Shown here: positions 25,790 through 39,211 of the stretch, in pieces
Layout of the letters: every line of letters starts with the position of its first letter
How positions within the stretch are numbered: position 1 is the stretch's first letter
Assembly: GCA_038496445.1 (NCBI GenBank)
Contig: JALMLS010000605.1
Coordinates: 62,001 to 126,000, forward strand
Origin: Trichosphaerium sp. ATCC 40318
Lineage: Eukaryota > Protista > Tubulinea
Length of the DNA stretch: 64,000 nucleotides
Direction: 5' to 3'
Translations under genes and position numbers: made by a program
The notes under the pieces: model-generated
What the model was told of the DNA's origin: nothing
Databases searched by the model: none
Seen by the model: only the letters and a program-made list of their open reading frames with translations

Positions 25790-26928
25790 ATGACCAACAC
25801 GTACCTCCTGCTCATAGCTTTGTCTATATGCGTATTCACACGGAGTGTTGCTGGGGACCAAGCGCAACGCATCACATTATTGGTATGTTACACCAATTTG
25901 CTTTGTTTTGTGACGGCTTTATAGGTTGAGCACTCCCTAGGCGAAAATACCTATGTAGAACGGTACGCGTACTTTTTTCAAATGATTACTCATCGCATGT
26001 AGGGGAAAGCTTTCATTTATCAACAAGGCTTCTTTTATGACATCAAATGAAAAGAAAATAGCGAAATCTCTTAAATTTGAGCAAAAACCATGGACAGATG
26101 ACACCAAACAACGCATGAAGGTACCATGCTAACCCCTACGCTCAAACGTCAAAAGACATTTCAAAAATTACAAATGACACTTCTACATATCTAAACGTTG
26201 TTTACACTACGTCTCTGTTTGTCAAATTCAATTATTTTCTGTGTTACGCCCTTTGGAGTTACAAAAAAGATGTACTGACAGAACGTTTTCCATTCCATTT
26301 GTGCAAAAACATGCCTTTGTCACTACATCAAAGTCTATAACCAAGCGTAACGTTTTCTTTAGAAACTGGCACAAGACAATCTCTCTTACACAGTACGTAT
26401 TCGTTCAAACAATCCAGAAGTAGACCACTTGTTCTCAAGCGTGCCTGCAGTACGTTCTCATCATTTCAATATTTATGTGGTTTTCTCAAACTAATTTGCG
26501 TCTCTTTAAGTGTGCTGTTGTTAGTTCAGGATTCAAAGACACACTCGTAGTTCATCTCAACCCTGAAAACCAGGCACTGGCCGTGAACTACATGCCAGCA
26601 AACAGAAATTGCAGCAAATCTTTTTCAAAACCAAACCCTTGGAAAACGTCTGTTAGTCTAAAGTTTGGGCAGCCATCGCCGAAGTACGTATTAAAAGACC
26701 GATAATCGCATCTTGTTCTTACGCGTAAAGGGTCAACATGAACGCACAACGGATAGTGCAACAAATGCAAGCCAAGAAAGAAGCTGATAGCAAACAAGGC
26801 ATCTTTGCTAAATACGTACGTGAAAAATACTTCGCGTAGTTGTATATTTTTGTTAAGTTGGTGCGTAGTGGTGGATTATTGTCCCTGTTGGTGTCATTGT
26901 TCTTGCTGTTTTGTTCATTGGCGAGTGA
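25790..26928 (+). CDS. EMC10: ER membrane protein complex subunit 10
   Basis: Signal peptide; VEHSLG..RG; SSVPACAVVSSGFKDTLVVHL; GIFAKYWWIIVPVGVIVL C-terminal TM. Confidence 0.8.
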
Positions 26929-27795
26929 TGATCAGATTTTTTTCCCTCTTTTTTTCTGCACACAGGTTCATCCGTGCTATCTTGCACTCCTGGGCTTGTA
27001 TAATAACAGCAGTCCATCTGTATGCTTGTACAATAAATAAGGCTTACTAAATTTACGAAATGCTTTCGGAACTTTTGTAGTGACGTGACGGCACACAATT
27101 TTAGGTGGACTATAAAGTAGACCGAGTTACGACTACTAAAATTATACACAAATTGTTTAGATCGCACAAAACCTTATTTGCTAGAACTTGTGTACGTGTG
27201 TATGGTATTTCTACAAGATTGGCCGTTACATAACCTTGAAGTTCGGTAAACGCAGAAAACGCACAAGAACAGGCTATCATATCAGAAGTGCAACAACTTA
27301 GGGAGACATATGTCTTCATGCTAGTTTCGTAAACAGATTACGCCGTAAGATAGGAAAATATAAAAACTATTCTGGAATTGCTTTGTTTCTTGCCGCTGTG
27401 TATTTTCTACGCTCCTTTCTTTCCAATTTCCTTACCTTGGGCATAAGCTGCACACGAACGAGGCAAAAGGGAGGCTATCTCAGTTCAACCTTGTCTTTTT
27501 CTTAAACGCACGTACCAGCCGGCCCTTTCACCGAAGTTGTTTCTTCCCACTTCGCAGTGTTGTCATTTCAACGAACATTTTTCGAGTAGTTGCAGCAAAT
27601 AAATTGTAAAAAAAAGCACAAACTCCGAGCCTTCTATGCCTTAGGAAACGATTCTATGACACTGAATAGGTAAATTCATAAAGACTAGTACATGTCTTTA
27701 CTTGGTGATGCCAAAAAAAGCGAGTTTTCCGTTGGATGAAAGCCGAAATAGAAACACAATTTCATAATATCCAAAAACAAAACAACGTACACAAC

Positions 27796-30319
27796 ATGTC
27801 TGTAAGCCATTATATTGGGTTAACAGTACTATTAATCGTATATCTTTCTATAACTCAGTCGAATGGACAACCAACTCCTCCGATTGTAGAAATATTCCAC
27901 CCATTGTATCTAAACTCGAAACTTACTTGTAGAGGTTGCCGCAAAGACTTCTCCAGTGGTAGATACTTCAACTGTGGCGGTCAAGGCGGACTTGATCCCT
28001 TAGCTACTCTTAATTGCAACAACGAACCTGGCGGCTGTTCTTTTACGGGGCAAAGTGTTTCTAACAGTCAATGTAGCAGCACTTGTCTTGCTGACCATCG
28101 CTGCAAATTCTATACAACCTACGGCAGCAACACTTGCAATCAGTTCTACATGTCAGCTTGCAGCTCAGTAGAAGGTGGCATTCCAGGAAACACTTTCAGG
28201 AGAGACGTTCCACCTCCTCCAACGACTCAAGCTCCAACCCCTCCGCCAACGACCGCTCCTCCAACAACATTACCCCCAACAACATTACCACCAACTAGAG
28301 CCCCGGTTTTCGAGACATTCACAGCGCTATATTCAAGCTCAAGGAATACATGTAGTGGATGTCGTAAGGACTACAGTGGCGGATTTTTCTCTGGTTGTAG
28401 TGGTTCAAATCCCTTAGCTACTCTTAATTGCAACAACGAACCTGGCGGCTGTTCTTTTACGGGGCAAAGTGTTTCTAACAGTCAATGTAGAAGCAAGTGT
28501 CTCGCTGACTATCGCTGCCAGTTCTACACAACCTATGGTAGCAATACTTGTAATCTATTCTTCACGTCCTCTTGCAATTTTGTTGTAGGTGGTGGTACAG
28601 GCAATACTTTCCAGAGAGTAATCCTTCCTCCGCCAACACCTCCTCCAACGACTCAAGCTCCAACCCCTCCACCAACGACCGCTCCTCCAACAACATTACC
28701 CCCAACGACACTACCTCCAACAACATTGCCCCCAACAACAGCTCCTCCAACGACAGCTCCTCCAACAACATTACCACCAACAACATTACCTCCAACAACA
28801 TTACCACCAACGACCGCTCCCCCAACAACATTACCCCCAACGACATTACCTCCAACAATTGCTCCTCCAACAACTGCTCCTCCAACAACACTACCTCCAA
28901 CAACCGCTCCTCCAACAACAGCTCCACCAACGACACAAGATCCAACTACTACACCAACAACGCAGCCACCAACAACATTACCACCAACGACCGCTCTTCC
29001 AACAACTGCTCCTCCAACAACTGCTCCACCAACGACACAAGCTCCAACTGCTTCACCAACAACAAATCCACCAACAACATTACCTCCGACAACTGCTCCA
29101 CCAACAACTGCTTCTCCTACAATAGCGCCAACAGAAACCCCAACTGCTGCACCTACAGAGACAGCAACTAAAGAACCTACAGCAAACGACGTACCAACAG
29201 CGTTACCAACAGTTGCTCCTACAGCTAGGATTCTACCTAATGTACGTTTTCAAGTTTCTCCCTACACACGTAAATCTAACTTCACCTTTAGATTGTGCCT
29301 CGAAGTGACTGCGTTGCTGATAATGGAGATGGTACCTATACTGCGTATCTTGGCTGGACAACAACAGTACGTTTTCTTCATTCTATTCTTGGCATTGTTC
29401 TTATGTTGTTCGTACAGGAAAGTTCAATTACAGTACCTATCGGACAAGATAACGATATTTCTCCTTCTGGAACACCTGAACAACCTACTACTTTCAACGG
29501 AACTTCAACATTCTACCCAAATATTAACTTCGCTTTTGTATTCGACGGTTCTTCAACGACTTGGACTCTCGGTGTACGTTCTTTTCGCCTTTTTAATAGT
29601 ATCTCCTTTTCTTATTTTATATTTAGCGTGGTATTGTAACTTTTATCGGCGGTGACAATGCAACAAAGTGCCCTGAAGAAGGTAAGAATACTGGTCTTTT
29701 TTGCTTTTTTTGAAAAACACGTGCTTTCGACTTCTTCTTCGAACAATAGATCTGACTCTGTTTTCTCTCTAGGCATGGAAGTTGGTCTTACTATCTCAGA
29801 AACATACCCAGCCCCTCAAAACGTTGTAGATGATGTTGGTAAAGCTATGCTAGACGCTATGGGTGTCAAACAAGAAGACGGACAGATTTCTCAAAAACCT
29901 GCCGAGTCTTCTAAGCGTCAAACTGAAACACAAGTTGTCGTTACTGTCAACAGTTCTGACGACAATACACCTGTTGCTCAAATCGTGTCTTCTTACCTTA
30001 ACGACCCTCAAAAAATTGCCGCAACAAATCTGGCAGTTCAAAATGCTGGCATCACAGTTACAGTACGTTACCCTCACTTCCTTCCTTCTGTGTATCACTC
30101 GCTAATATTATCCTTTAGTCCGAGCCTAGCGCGCTTCCTCCAGCTTCTCTAAACACAGCTGTGGCAATCTCTACGACAGAGGATGGTGTAACATCCACTG
30201 CTTATTTACAGCACGTGATGTTAATTTCTACTGGTACGTAGTTGTTTTCTGTCTTTTTTGTCGTCATCCGTTTCATACTTACTCTTTTCATAGTATTAGC
30301 ATTGATGATCGCTTTTTAA
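27796..30319 (+). CDS. Mucin-like surface glycoprotein: two Cys-rich (PAN/apple-like) repeats, PPTT[AL] stalk, beta domain, hydrophobic C-terminus (GPI-type)
   Basis: ORF 27736-29655; duplicated CRKD..CNNEPGGC..C..CLAD.RC.FYTTYGSNTC; spliced CVADNGDGTYTAYLGW domain; final exon ends ..LALMIAF*. Confidence 0.85.
28210..29220 (+). repeat. 15-nt coding tandem repeat (PPTTA/PPTTL pentapeptide)
   Basis: Repeated cc(t/a)ccaacaac(a/g)(tta/gct) units. Confidence 0.9.
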
Positions 30320-30489
30320 AGAAACAAAAAGAAATCGAAAATCGTATTGCAAAAAAGATCAAACTTGTGAATAATAAAAGAAAAATAACTAAGACTTCTG
30401 TCTCAACCGCAATTCTGACTTAATATACACTATTAGCGGATTTTTCTTTTAGTAGATTATATTATAGACCACTCTCGCATTTGTAAAAT

Positions 30490-30760
30490 CTATTTATTTA
30501 ATACCAAGCAGTGCCAATTTGATAGGTATGGCCAGGTGAAATATTCTTGCTTGGCGTTTTTAGAAGCAAGATCTCTTGGAGTGTTGTTTTAGATGACTCT
30601 TCTATTCCCCAGGATTTTTTGTGATAGCGGCCATTGACACCTGCGCCGTATTCAAGAAGTATAGAAGCTAGTTATGTGCCTGGTATTGCTTTTTTTGCTA
30701 CGTTTTGCTGTGTTGCAGGAAAAGGATGTGTATAAGTGTGTTTTCATAAACTGTGTGGAT
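30490..30760 (-). pseudogene. Ankyrin-repeat gene remnant
   Basis: Minus frame ASILLEYGAGVNG..*..NNTPRDLA with in-frame TAG; upstream NTLIHIL in another frame. Confidence 0.45.
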
Positions 30761-31054
30761 GTAGACCTGGCTAAGCTACAGTGTTTATCAATTCTCATGC
30801 ATTCTTTCATGATTTCTTGACGGTTCTACATTTTCTTCTTGCTTCTTTCTAATTGCAGAAAAACGTGAGCAATTTAGTCATTAGTGCATTGCATGCTCAT
30901 ATGCTTTTTTTACGTATTGCAAGTACGAGTCGAACCAAAGTGAAGCGGTAGTTTACACTTAACGGTTTTTGTTGAATTCAACGTTTTTATTTCACACCAG
31001 TTCAACCAATAGAAGAAAGTAAATGTGTGATACACTCCATAACAAGGCTTGACA

Positions 31055-34000
31055 ATGGAAAAAGGTGTTTTGAACGGTTTCCGCTTGATTTAACTATTTT
31101 AGATAACCATACTGATGAAACACAGCCTACGGGCAATAAAAAGAATAATGTACGCTATTCAAGCCTACCAGAGGCAAAAAACTGTAATTCTTTGTTACTT
31201 ACCCTCCAAAGCCTTCAGAATATTCCAATGACTTCGATAGTGCCAAGAAACTGATAATGAAGGTCCCAGATCACGAAATGTTGAAATCAACACGCCCAAA
31301 AATTCAGGCGCCACATCCGACGCCACAAAACGCAACACAACGATTGTGGGTACCTAAAACAAGTAAGTCACTGACATTTAAGCTGAGAATCATTTACCGA
31401 GCATAGAAATTGCTCAAGAACTCGTTCAGAAGGTCCACCAGGCTGAAAAACAACACAACAGTGTCAAAAAATCAGTTAGAGAACTGTTAAAATCAAAAGA
31501 AGCCGGATTCAACAAGGTGCCACAAAACCGTTCACTCTCGCTCTGTAAAGTCACTCAAACTATTTGTAGTTGTTTGAAGGTTATATTAGCGAGCTAAAGA
31601 CACTTGTAGAAACAACAGAATTTGATGCTAGTGTCCGACAGGAGGTACAATGTTTATTGTTTTGTTTGGCCGGGTTTTTGTTTTGACAGACTTAGATTCT
31701 TCGTCAAGAGACTGTACGGATAGAGAGGCATAAAAGACAATTGCTGAATGATATTGACGTCAGTTTTGCAACTGTAAAACGAAACATTGCTGCACAAAAA
31801 CGCGATTACAAGGTTCTTTTGATTCGACTTTGTTTCTCTTTTTCTGAAAGCTTCTTGTAGCTCTCAGAGAATATTGCCAAACTTCAAGGTGTTGTTCGTG
31901 GATTCTTACAGCGTAAGAGATATCGTCGCATGCTTGCACATGCCAAAAAACGAGAAAACATTGAGGCTGAGATTTTAGAAACAGAAAAGAAATATGTCAA
32001 TAATCTTGAAGCAATCATTACTGTATGTCTCTTACAACTTTATGAGTATTAACTTGCTACTAGGGATTTTATGAACCTTTGAAAGCTTCTGCAACATTTA
32101 ATGGCGGACAAGAAGCCATTTTGGAGCTTCCTGTTATCAACAGCATCTTTGCTGATTTAATACCTATCTATAGCGTTAATAAAGAGTTTCTACAGCAATT
32201 AGAAGAGAGCAGAACAACCAAAAGTAAAGGGACAGGATACGGCAAAGTATTTGGCGACTTGGTAAATATTTTAACTATTTTGTGTTTTTCACATGTTGAT
32301 CACGTGATTTTTTTTTTTGAAATGACAATACATTAGGCACCGTATTTGAAGTTGTATACGAATTATGTTAATAAGTTTAACACGATCCTTGATGCTACAG
32401 CAGCTGCCAAAGAACGAAATGCTGAATTTCAAAAATTTCTTAGAGTACGCTTTTGTACAACGCCTAACACGTGTGTCTCATCATTTTGTCTACTAGGGAG
32501 CACGTAAGAATCCAAATATAGGAACACAACCCCTAGAATCCTTTCAGATTATGCCAATACAAAGAGTTCCTGTACGTGATGACATCATCTTATGTATGTG
32601 CTGACTTTTGTTGTTTTTTGTTTAGAGATACAAGTTACTTCTGGAGGTAAGTACAAACTTTGATTTCCTGCTCATGTTATAACATTCTCTTTAAGCAACT
32701 TATTAAATATACACCTGATGATCACGTGGACTTTGAAAATCTAACTAAAGCACTTTCACTTATTGAAGGAGTGGCTAAAGAAATAGACGAGGTTTGTTGG
32801 ATTTAAGAAATTTATGAGAACAAGTTTTTTTTATTCAGAAAAAACTAATTTGTTGGACAACAGGGCAGAGCCATTGTAGAAAATACGAAAAAAATATTAG
32901 ATATTCAAAAGAGATTAGCACCTCAATGTCCTGTAAGTCCTCTTTATATGGCTTGAATTAACTTTTACACTTCTTAGGGCCTGTTTGCACCGCATAGGAA
33001 GCTGCAACTGGAAGAATCTATTTTTTTGCTGGTACTAAACGAATAAGTACTCGTGGCGTTATTTATTAATATATTTAGCGTGATACAGGGATATTAGATG
33101 AAGTATACATTTACTTGTTCAATGATCTGCTACTCGTTACTCAAAAACTAAAAGGTCTTCTTTTGGACACTGAAAAACTCGTTGTAACTATAGAATACAA
33201 GCGAGCTAAGCTTGTTGAGCTAATAAGAAACTCTTTATTACAAAATGGAGGTACGCGTAGATATGTCAAACGCTTTACGCGTTAGAAGAATCAAGTAGAC
33301 ATGACTCATCTGTAGTTTCCTACTTTGGCTTTCAAATTGTTTTGGCAAAGAAAGCGTATCAGTTCTATGCTTACACAGAAGATATATGCTCCAAGTGTTT
33401 CAATACAGTAAAGCAAGATGTAAACGAACTCAAATCTATAGAAAAAACACGACGTGCGTATCAGGGTGTAATAACGTAGTTAGTACTTACATTATGACGT
33501 GTTTTAGGACATGCGAGTACGCGCGTAAATCCTAGTATACTGAAGCTTGTTGATCAACTCAATGATCCGTCGGGGTTCAAGCCTAACAACACACTAAGCA
33601 ATTCTTCTGGACCATCTATGAAACAAAACTCGAAACCTAAACTAAGCACCATTGTAACGATATTTGAAGAACTAGTGAAGCTTGAGACGGACATGTTTCG
33701 AGCGCCAATTGAGATACAGACATTGTTGCCCGGTTTTGAAAAACAGTTCAATCCGTCACAACTACGCATGCTGCATAGTCGAATTGAGGTAAAGAATCAC
33801 CCGCATTCGTACTGGATTTAACAGTATTTAGGCGCTAAAGCAGAAACTAGAGCAAATAGATCAGACTCATACAGCAATTCCATCGCTCCAGTCAGAGCGT
33901 ATAGCAGTGCAGTTGTCACAAGCGATAAAGGGTGGTGCAGATGCTATAGGTACAATACTAACTTGTGTCTCTACAAGATGTTAATTTACAACTACTAGGC

Positions 34001-34144
34001 ATGGTTAAAGAGCAAGTACAACAGACATTTCCGAAAGGACTAGTTGGTGTAAAAGAAACAAGACAATCAGTGGCTGATCTCATGCGATGGTACATCAAAC
34101 TGAGCCAAACTTGGTCACTTGTACTCGCAGCTCCTGTTAGATAA
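31055..34144 (+). CDS. RhoGEF with IQ motif and DH-PH module
   Basis: IAKLQGVVRGFLQRKRY (IQ); EILETEKKYVNNL; LESFQIMPIQRVPRYKLLLE; YIYLFNDLLLVT (PH). Confidence 0.92.
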
Positions 34145-34377
34145 ATTGACGCGTTGTGTGGTATTCACAACCAACTTGTAACAAAATAGCAACTATGTCT
34201 GCCGATTTAATAAAAAAGGCAATTCAAGCTCAATGTGGTTCGCTTTGCTCAAGTTATCGCGGCATATGAGCCACACACAGAGCAAAATGGACTAGAGTAA
34301 AAGATGTACCAAAAAGGTCAAATCAGTTCGCGACACCCTGACTTCGTTTTTGATCAAAAACGTACCTGTAGCCTGAC

Positions 34378-35764
34378 ATGCCTATCATTTATGCGCTAGT
34401 AGCGCGCCAAACTACCATCCTTGCCGATCACGCTTTTAAACAAGGTAATTACACTACCGTTGTACAAAGGATCCTTGAGAAGATACCTCCACAAGATGGT
34501 AAAATGTCCTATGTATTTGAGAGGTTCGTAATTAAACGACCTGTATTTATAAAATACAGTGCTTTTTTATTGTATTAAATCGCCGACACCATCACAATCT
34601 TGGTTTGGGACACTTTTAAAGACTTTTCCACTTTATATCAACGATTTTACTTTTTTTAAAACGCTGTTGTGCTATAAACTACGCCTGGCGCTACGTTACT
34701 TCATTTTAGAATTTTCGTGAGCGTTTATTCTCGAATATTTGCTTTGGGTTTCTTTAAAATCGCTAATAAGTGTTACTTTAGGCATTACTTTCACTACATA
34801 GTAGATGACAGTATTATTTACATGTGTATGGCAGATGAAGGGTTTGGTAGACGAATCCCATTCGCGTTTTTAGATGTACGTGCACGATAAAAAAAATTAC
34901 CAACCGCTCATTTCCTTCTGGGCAAGCCCAAAAGCAAAAACAGAAAAAAAAAAGTTTTTGAAACATCGAAATTTACTCGATCTCCTAGGACATTAAAAGT
35001 AGATTTGCTTCTACCTACGGTGGCCGTGGACATACAGCACATGCTTATGAAATGAACGCTGATTTTGCTAGAGTACTAGAGAAGCAAATGGTAAGTCTCC
35101 ACAAAACAAAAAAAAATCCACGGAAATAGAAAAGCTTTTCAAATAATTTTTGTTCTCTCCGTGTTGCACAACTCAAGGGCCTTGAAATACACTAAAACGT
35201 CTTATCTTATAGGACTACTTTTCAAACAATCAAAATGCCGACCGTATACGAAGCGTCAAGGGTAAAATCAACGAAGTAAACAAAATTTTGGTTCAAAATA
35301 TTGAAAAAGTATTGGAAAGAGGTGAATCAATTGAGTTACTCGTTGACGCTACAGAAAGGCTTAACACTGGCTCATTGAACTTTAAGAAAAAGAGTACAGC
35401 ATTGAAAAAAGCAATGTGGTGGAAGAATATCAAGATACTCATCATCTTGGGCGTTGTAGCTGTCGTACGTAACCAAACAACCTAAAAAAGCCGAAACCTT
35501 TCGCGAAATGACATAATTTTTTTCTGTTCTTTTTCGATAATTTTTTATTTGACACGTGACATTTAGGTTGTCATCTATATCATTATCGCTATCATATGCA
35601 AAGGCCCATTCTTCCCTGGTTGCATCAAAAAAAGTAACTCTACACCACCTGCCCCTGTAGCTCCGCCAACAGCTCCAACACCTGCTCCAACAGTACCGCC
35701 AACAGTAGCACCAACAGCAGCACCAGTAGCACCAGTAGCACCAACAGCAGCAGCACCAGTATAG
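34378..35764 (+). CDS. VAMP7: Longin R-SNARE VAMP7 with Pro/Thr/Ala luminal extension
   Basis: MPIIYALVARQTTILA; GRRIPFAFLD; NIEKVLERGESIELLV; AMWWKNIK then TM. Confidence 0.95.
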
Positions 35765-36508
35765 ATGTTGTGGTGCATGTACATAATCTCAAAATACACT
35801 CCTGTCCACAGTTTTTATGTGTCGAGTTTTCTTGTATTTATTTATTTCCTCATCTACCCACGTGTTGTCTTTATTTTTTTCGAGTTTTTATGTAGTGTTT
35901 TTTTCTTCTGTTTCATTTCAGAAACAAATAAGGAAAGTTGGGCGTGACAAGTCAACACTAGTCTTGTCGTAAGTTCGCTTTCATTGAATGGCTCTCGTTA
36001 TCATGTTCCCAGAACTATCTGGTAACGGGCACAGTGAAACCCAGCTCCTTTGTCGTAATGCCCTTCCGTTAGGAATATAAGCAACATTCATATTCATTGT
36101 CCCACTGGCATGTTCATTTATATTCACTGGTGTATTGATGCAGTTTTGATTTGTAACGAACGAAAGTGTCGATTCACGTGATTTCCAACAAGAAGTTTGA
36201 TTGCTATTTTTTTCGCTACTAGTCACCAGAACACCAAAACGTACTGTATCACTTTACTTATGTGTTACCAAATCCAACATATGAGATTTGTGGGCGTTAG
36301 AATCAACCTTTCAACTCAAACTTGTCGTTTACTGTCTTGCAAAAGGTACGAATAATGAATGAAGTTTTAACTGAATACTAGTGAATACTGGCTGTGTTAG
36401 AATATTATTTATTCATGACGGAAGGGCCTTAATTTGTCTTCTTGTCGCAATCACTAGTACTTATTCCTCGCTTCCTTTCGTTGGATAGTGTACCATTCAC
36501 TTCAAAAA

Positions 36509-37360
36509 CATTCCTGGAGATATTCAAAAACTAATACCTTGTCCAAAGCAAAGACATGTTCACAACATGGCATGTTATTTGCCGAACAACCGCCAAACTA
36601 ATTTTGATGAAATCTACAAAACAGGCCGATGGATTTGACCTGACATAGCGCTATTTTGTGTTAGCGCTACTCTTAATTTTTCGGGACGATTTGTGAACAT
36701 AGGCAGCCTTTTGCAACTCTGCAAGCAATGCCATTAGTGTATCCTTATGGATGAGCATTCCAACAGAAAGTCACGGGGGTGCTACCAATCGGGAGCGGCT
36801 GTTTAAAAAGTATGCTTAACGCTACAATCAAATAGCGTTATATCAGGTCAAATCCGATGGCTTGCTTGGCATGACAATGGCGCTCTAGCAGCGAACTACT
36901 GGTGGAAACACGGCCAAATACACGGCTTTAACGAGCTGGTTTGACAATATAGTAAAACAAGCAGAAGTGAATTGGCGACAACAAGCGTGAGGGTGTATGC
37001 CATAATGAACAACTCCTATTTGAAGTATCGCTCGTAGATGATAAGAACCTAGGCGAATTTACTTGCTGGCACAGTAATGGCCAAGTCAAAGCTAAAGTGT
37101 TTGTAACATATAGGATGCTCTTCAATACCTAATGGCGCTGCAGGGCGTAAAGGGTATTCATAAGAGGTTTATGGATAGACTGATAAGTGAAAGAGAAAAA
37201 GAAAAAGAAGATTATTTTACGATGATAAAGAGAGAGGGAAAGAATTGCCCTGGTAAGATATTGAAACGATTGGATGAGATGTTCTTCCGTGGAAGATACC
37301 GTGTTGGCATGATAATGGCATTTGCTTAATGACGTATCTATGTAAAAGGTGAAGTACAAA
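36509..37360 (+). pseudogene. Degenerate F-box-like/MORN-variant repeat pseudogene
   Basis: IPGDIQKLI; AWHDNGALAANYWWKHGQIHG; GEFTCWHSNGQVKA; CWHDNG, spread over different frames with stops. Confidence 0.6.
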
Positions 37361-38165
37361 ATACTGTTGAATTACCCTTCAAAATATCTAAGACGACACG
37401 TGATACAACACTTGGAATTTAGCAAGCATCACCTCATAACCACGCCTTTAGCTATAACAAGAGTGACCCAAGTTCTACCCAAAACTATGGAACCATGGGT
37501 GTTCACTGCATTCAGGTAAGGATTCAAAAATGTGTTCCTTCACCTGAAGGCCGGGCAAAGTTGTAGTTTAACAAAACCACTTGTCGCGATTCTGAATTGG
37601 CCTTGGTGACTGCAACGGAAAAAAGTTGGGTCTGTGGGGTGACAGTTTTGAACGTAAAGTTGTCCATTCATTAAACACGTGATTTTTTTTTGGTTTCAAA
37701 CGTTTGGCTTGCTAGGGCAACCGTTTTCTACATCAAGCCCACTAAAACTTCACGGTGTTCATGAGCTAGTTCACACAAGATGAGGTTTACGGGTTTTTAC
37801 TGTTCTCATTCTATAGTACCCCGAGCAGCATTGTAAAGTATTTGCTATGTCGGGTCAACCCGCAAGGTGAAAAGGGCTAGACAGGTTATTATTGGGGTTT
37901 TTGGGCTACATTTCTTTACAATCATTTGTACAGCTCGTTAATAGTGACAATGATCGCCCCAAACGGGTACCCGACAATTGTTTTCTCTTAAATGTCATCG
38001 GTTTGTTTAAGGATCTTCACTAGCCTAGTACTAAGGTGTACTATTCCAATGAAGTTACTTGGGTCAAAAGTACTTGTCTCCAAAGGAGCGATAATAAATG
38101 TGCTTCTTTTGGCGTTAAGTACTGCCACCGTGGCTAAAACATGCCAATTCTAAGGCTAGCACACG

Positions 38166-38679
38166 ATGACCGCATCTACTCTCTTTATAGTATTGTTAGG
38201 ATTAATTGCTATATCTCTAGCTGATAAAAAACAAGTTCCAGTGCCACCAATACCTCCACTACCAAACAACTTTCCAATACCTCCTTTACCAACCACAGGC
38301 TCCATTCCAATACCGCCAATACCAGGGAACTTTCCAATACCACCAATACCAAATACAGGAAACATTCCAATACCACCAATACCACCAATACCAAACACAG
38401 GAAATATCCCAATACCTCCAGTACCACCTGTACCTGTCATCCCAACGCCACCAATACCACCTGTACCACCTGTACCAGGAAACGTCCCAATACCACCTGT
38501 TCCAGGTAACGTGCCAACTACGCCACCACCTACTGTAACACCTGCTTCAGTTGTACGTTTTTTTCCTCTTTTTTTTTTGGGCCGTTTCGATTTCGAAACG
38601 CTAACTTCTTTTTTAGGCATCACAACTCTATTTTTCTGCACTTGTACTTGTTGCTTTATGTATTGCGCAGCTCTTGTAA
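38166..38679 (+). CDS. Small proline-rich (PIPP/PVPP repeat) surface protein, probably GPI-anchored
   Basis: Signal peptide; GNIPIPPIP repeats; after one intron the tail reads ASQLYFSALVLVALCIAQLL*. Confidence 0.8.
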
Positions 38680-39211
38680 CACAATAAACTTCATAATTTT
38701 TCAAGGAGACTCCCAAATAGTAAATCACGTGGTAATTTGAGATTTAGTGATTAAGACTCTCCACCGCATTAGTGGCTATTTTTCGCGTAACTTGGTAGTT
38801 TGTTACAATAAGAGCCTGAAATAACCATAATAGCAGCCATACAAAATAAATAAACTATTGTCACAGGAGCCCTTAGCTATGAAGTTGGGGTTTTATAAGT
38901 AGATGACTGGTGGATGAGGTAGAAAGTCTAAGTCGTTATTCACTCACAAGAACAAAGTAAACATATGTTATTCTAGCGTTTACACAAAGATCCACGTGTA
39001 GAAATAAAAATAATAAAAAAGGATTGGTACTGTATTTTGTTTGTCATTTATTTACATTTTAGAATATTCTATTAATCGACAATATTTATAACCATTCCAT
39101 CACCAGTGGAAAAATCCTTGATAGAAAGTTAATTACAACACCATATTGTCTAAAAAATGTAGAAAGAAGATTGATAATAAAAAAAAAAAGTTTTTGGAGT
39201 TTGATTTCTTT

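Noticed and set aside
27049-27445. Small gene between EMC10 and the mucin
   Set aside because: No consistent spliced frame or recognisable motif
28562-29171. Alternative-frame ORFs rich in N/S, L/Q/H or L/E/V
   Set aside because: Shadows of the 15-nt PPTT repeat in the mucin
38156-38728. Gly-rich minus-strand ORF of 190 aa
   Set aside because: Antisense shadow of the Pro-rich gene, which has a signal peptide and a spliced hydrophobic tail
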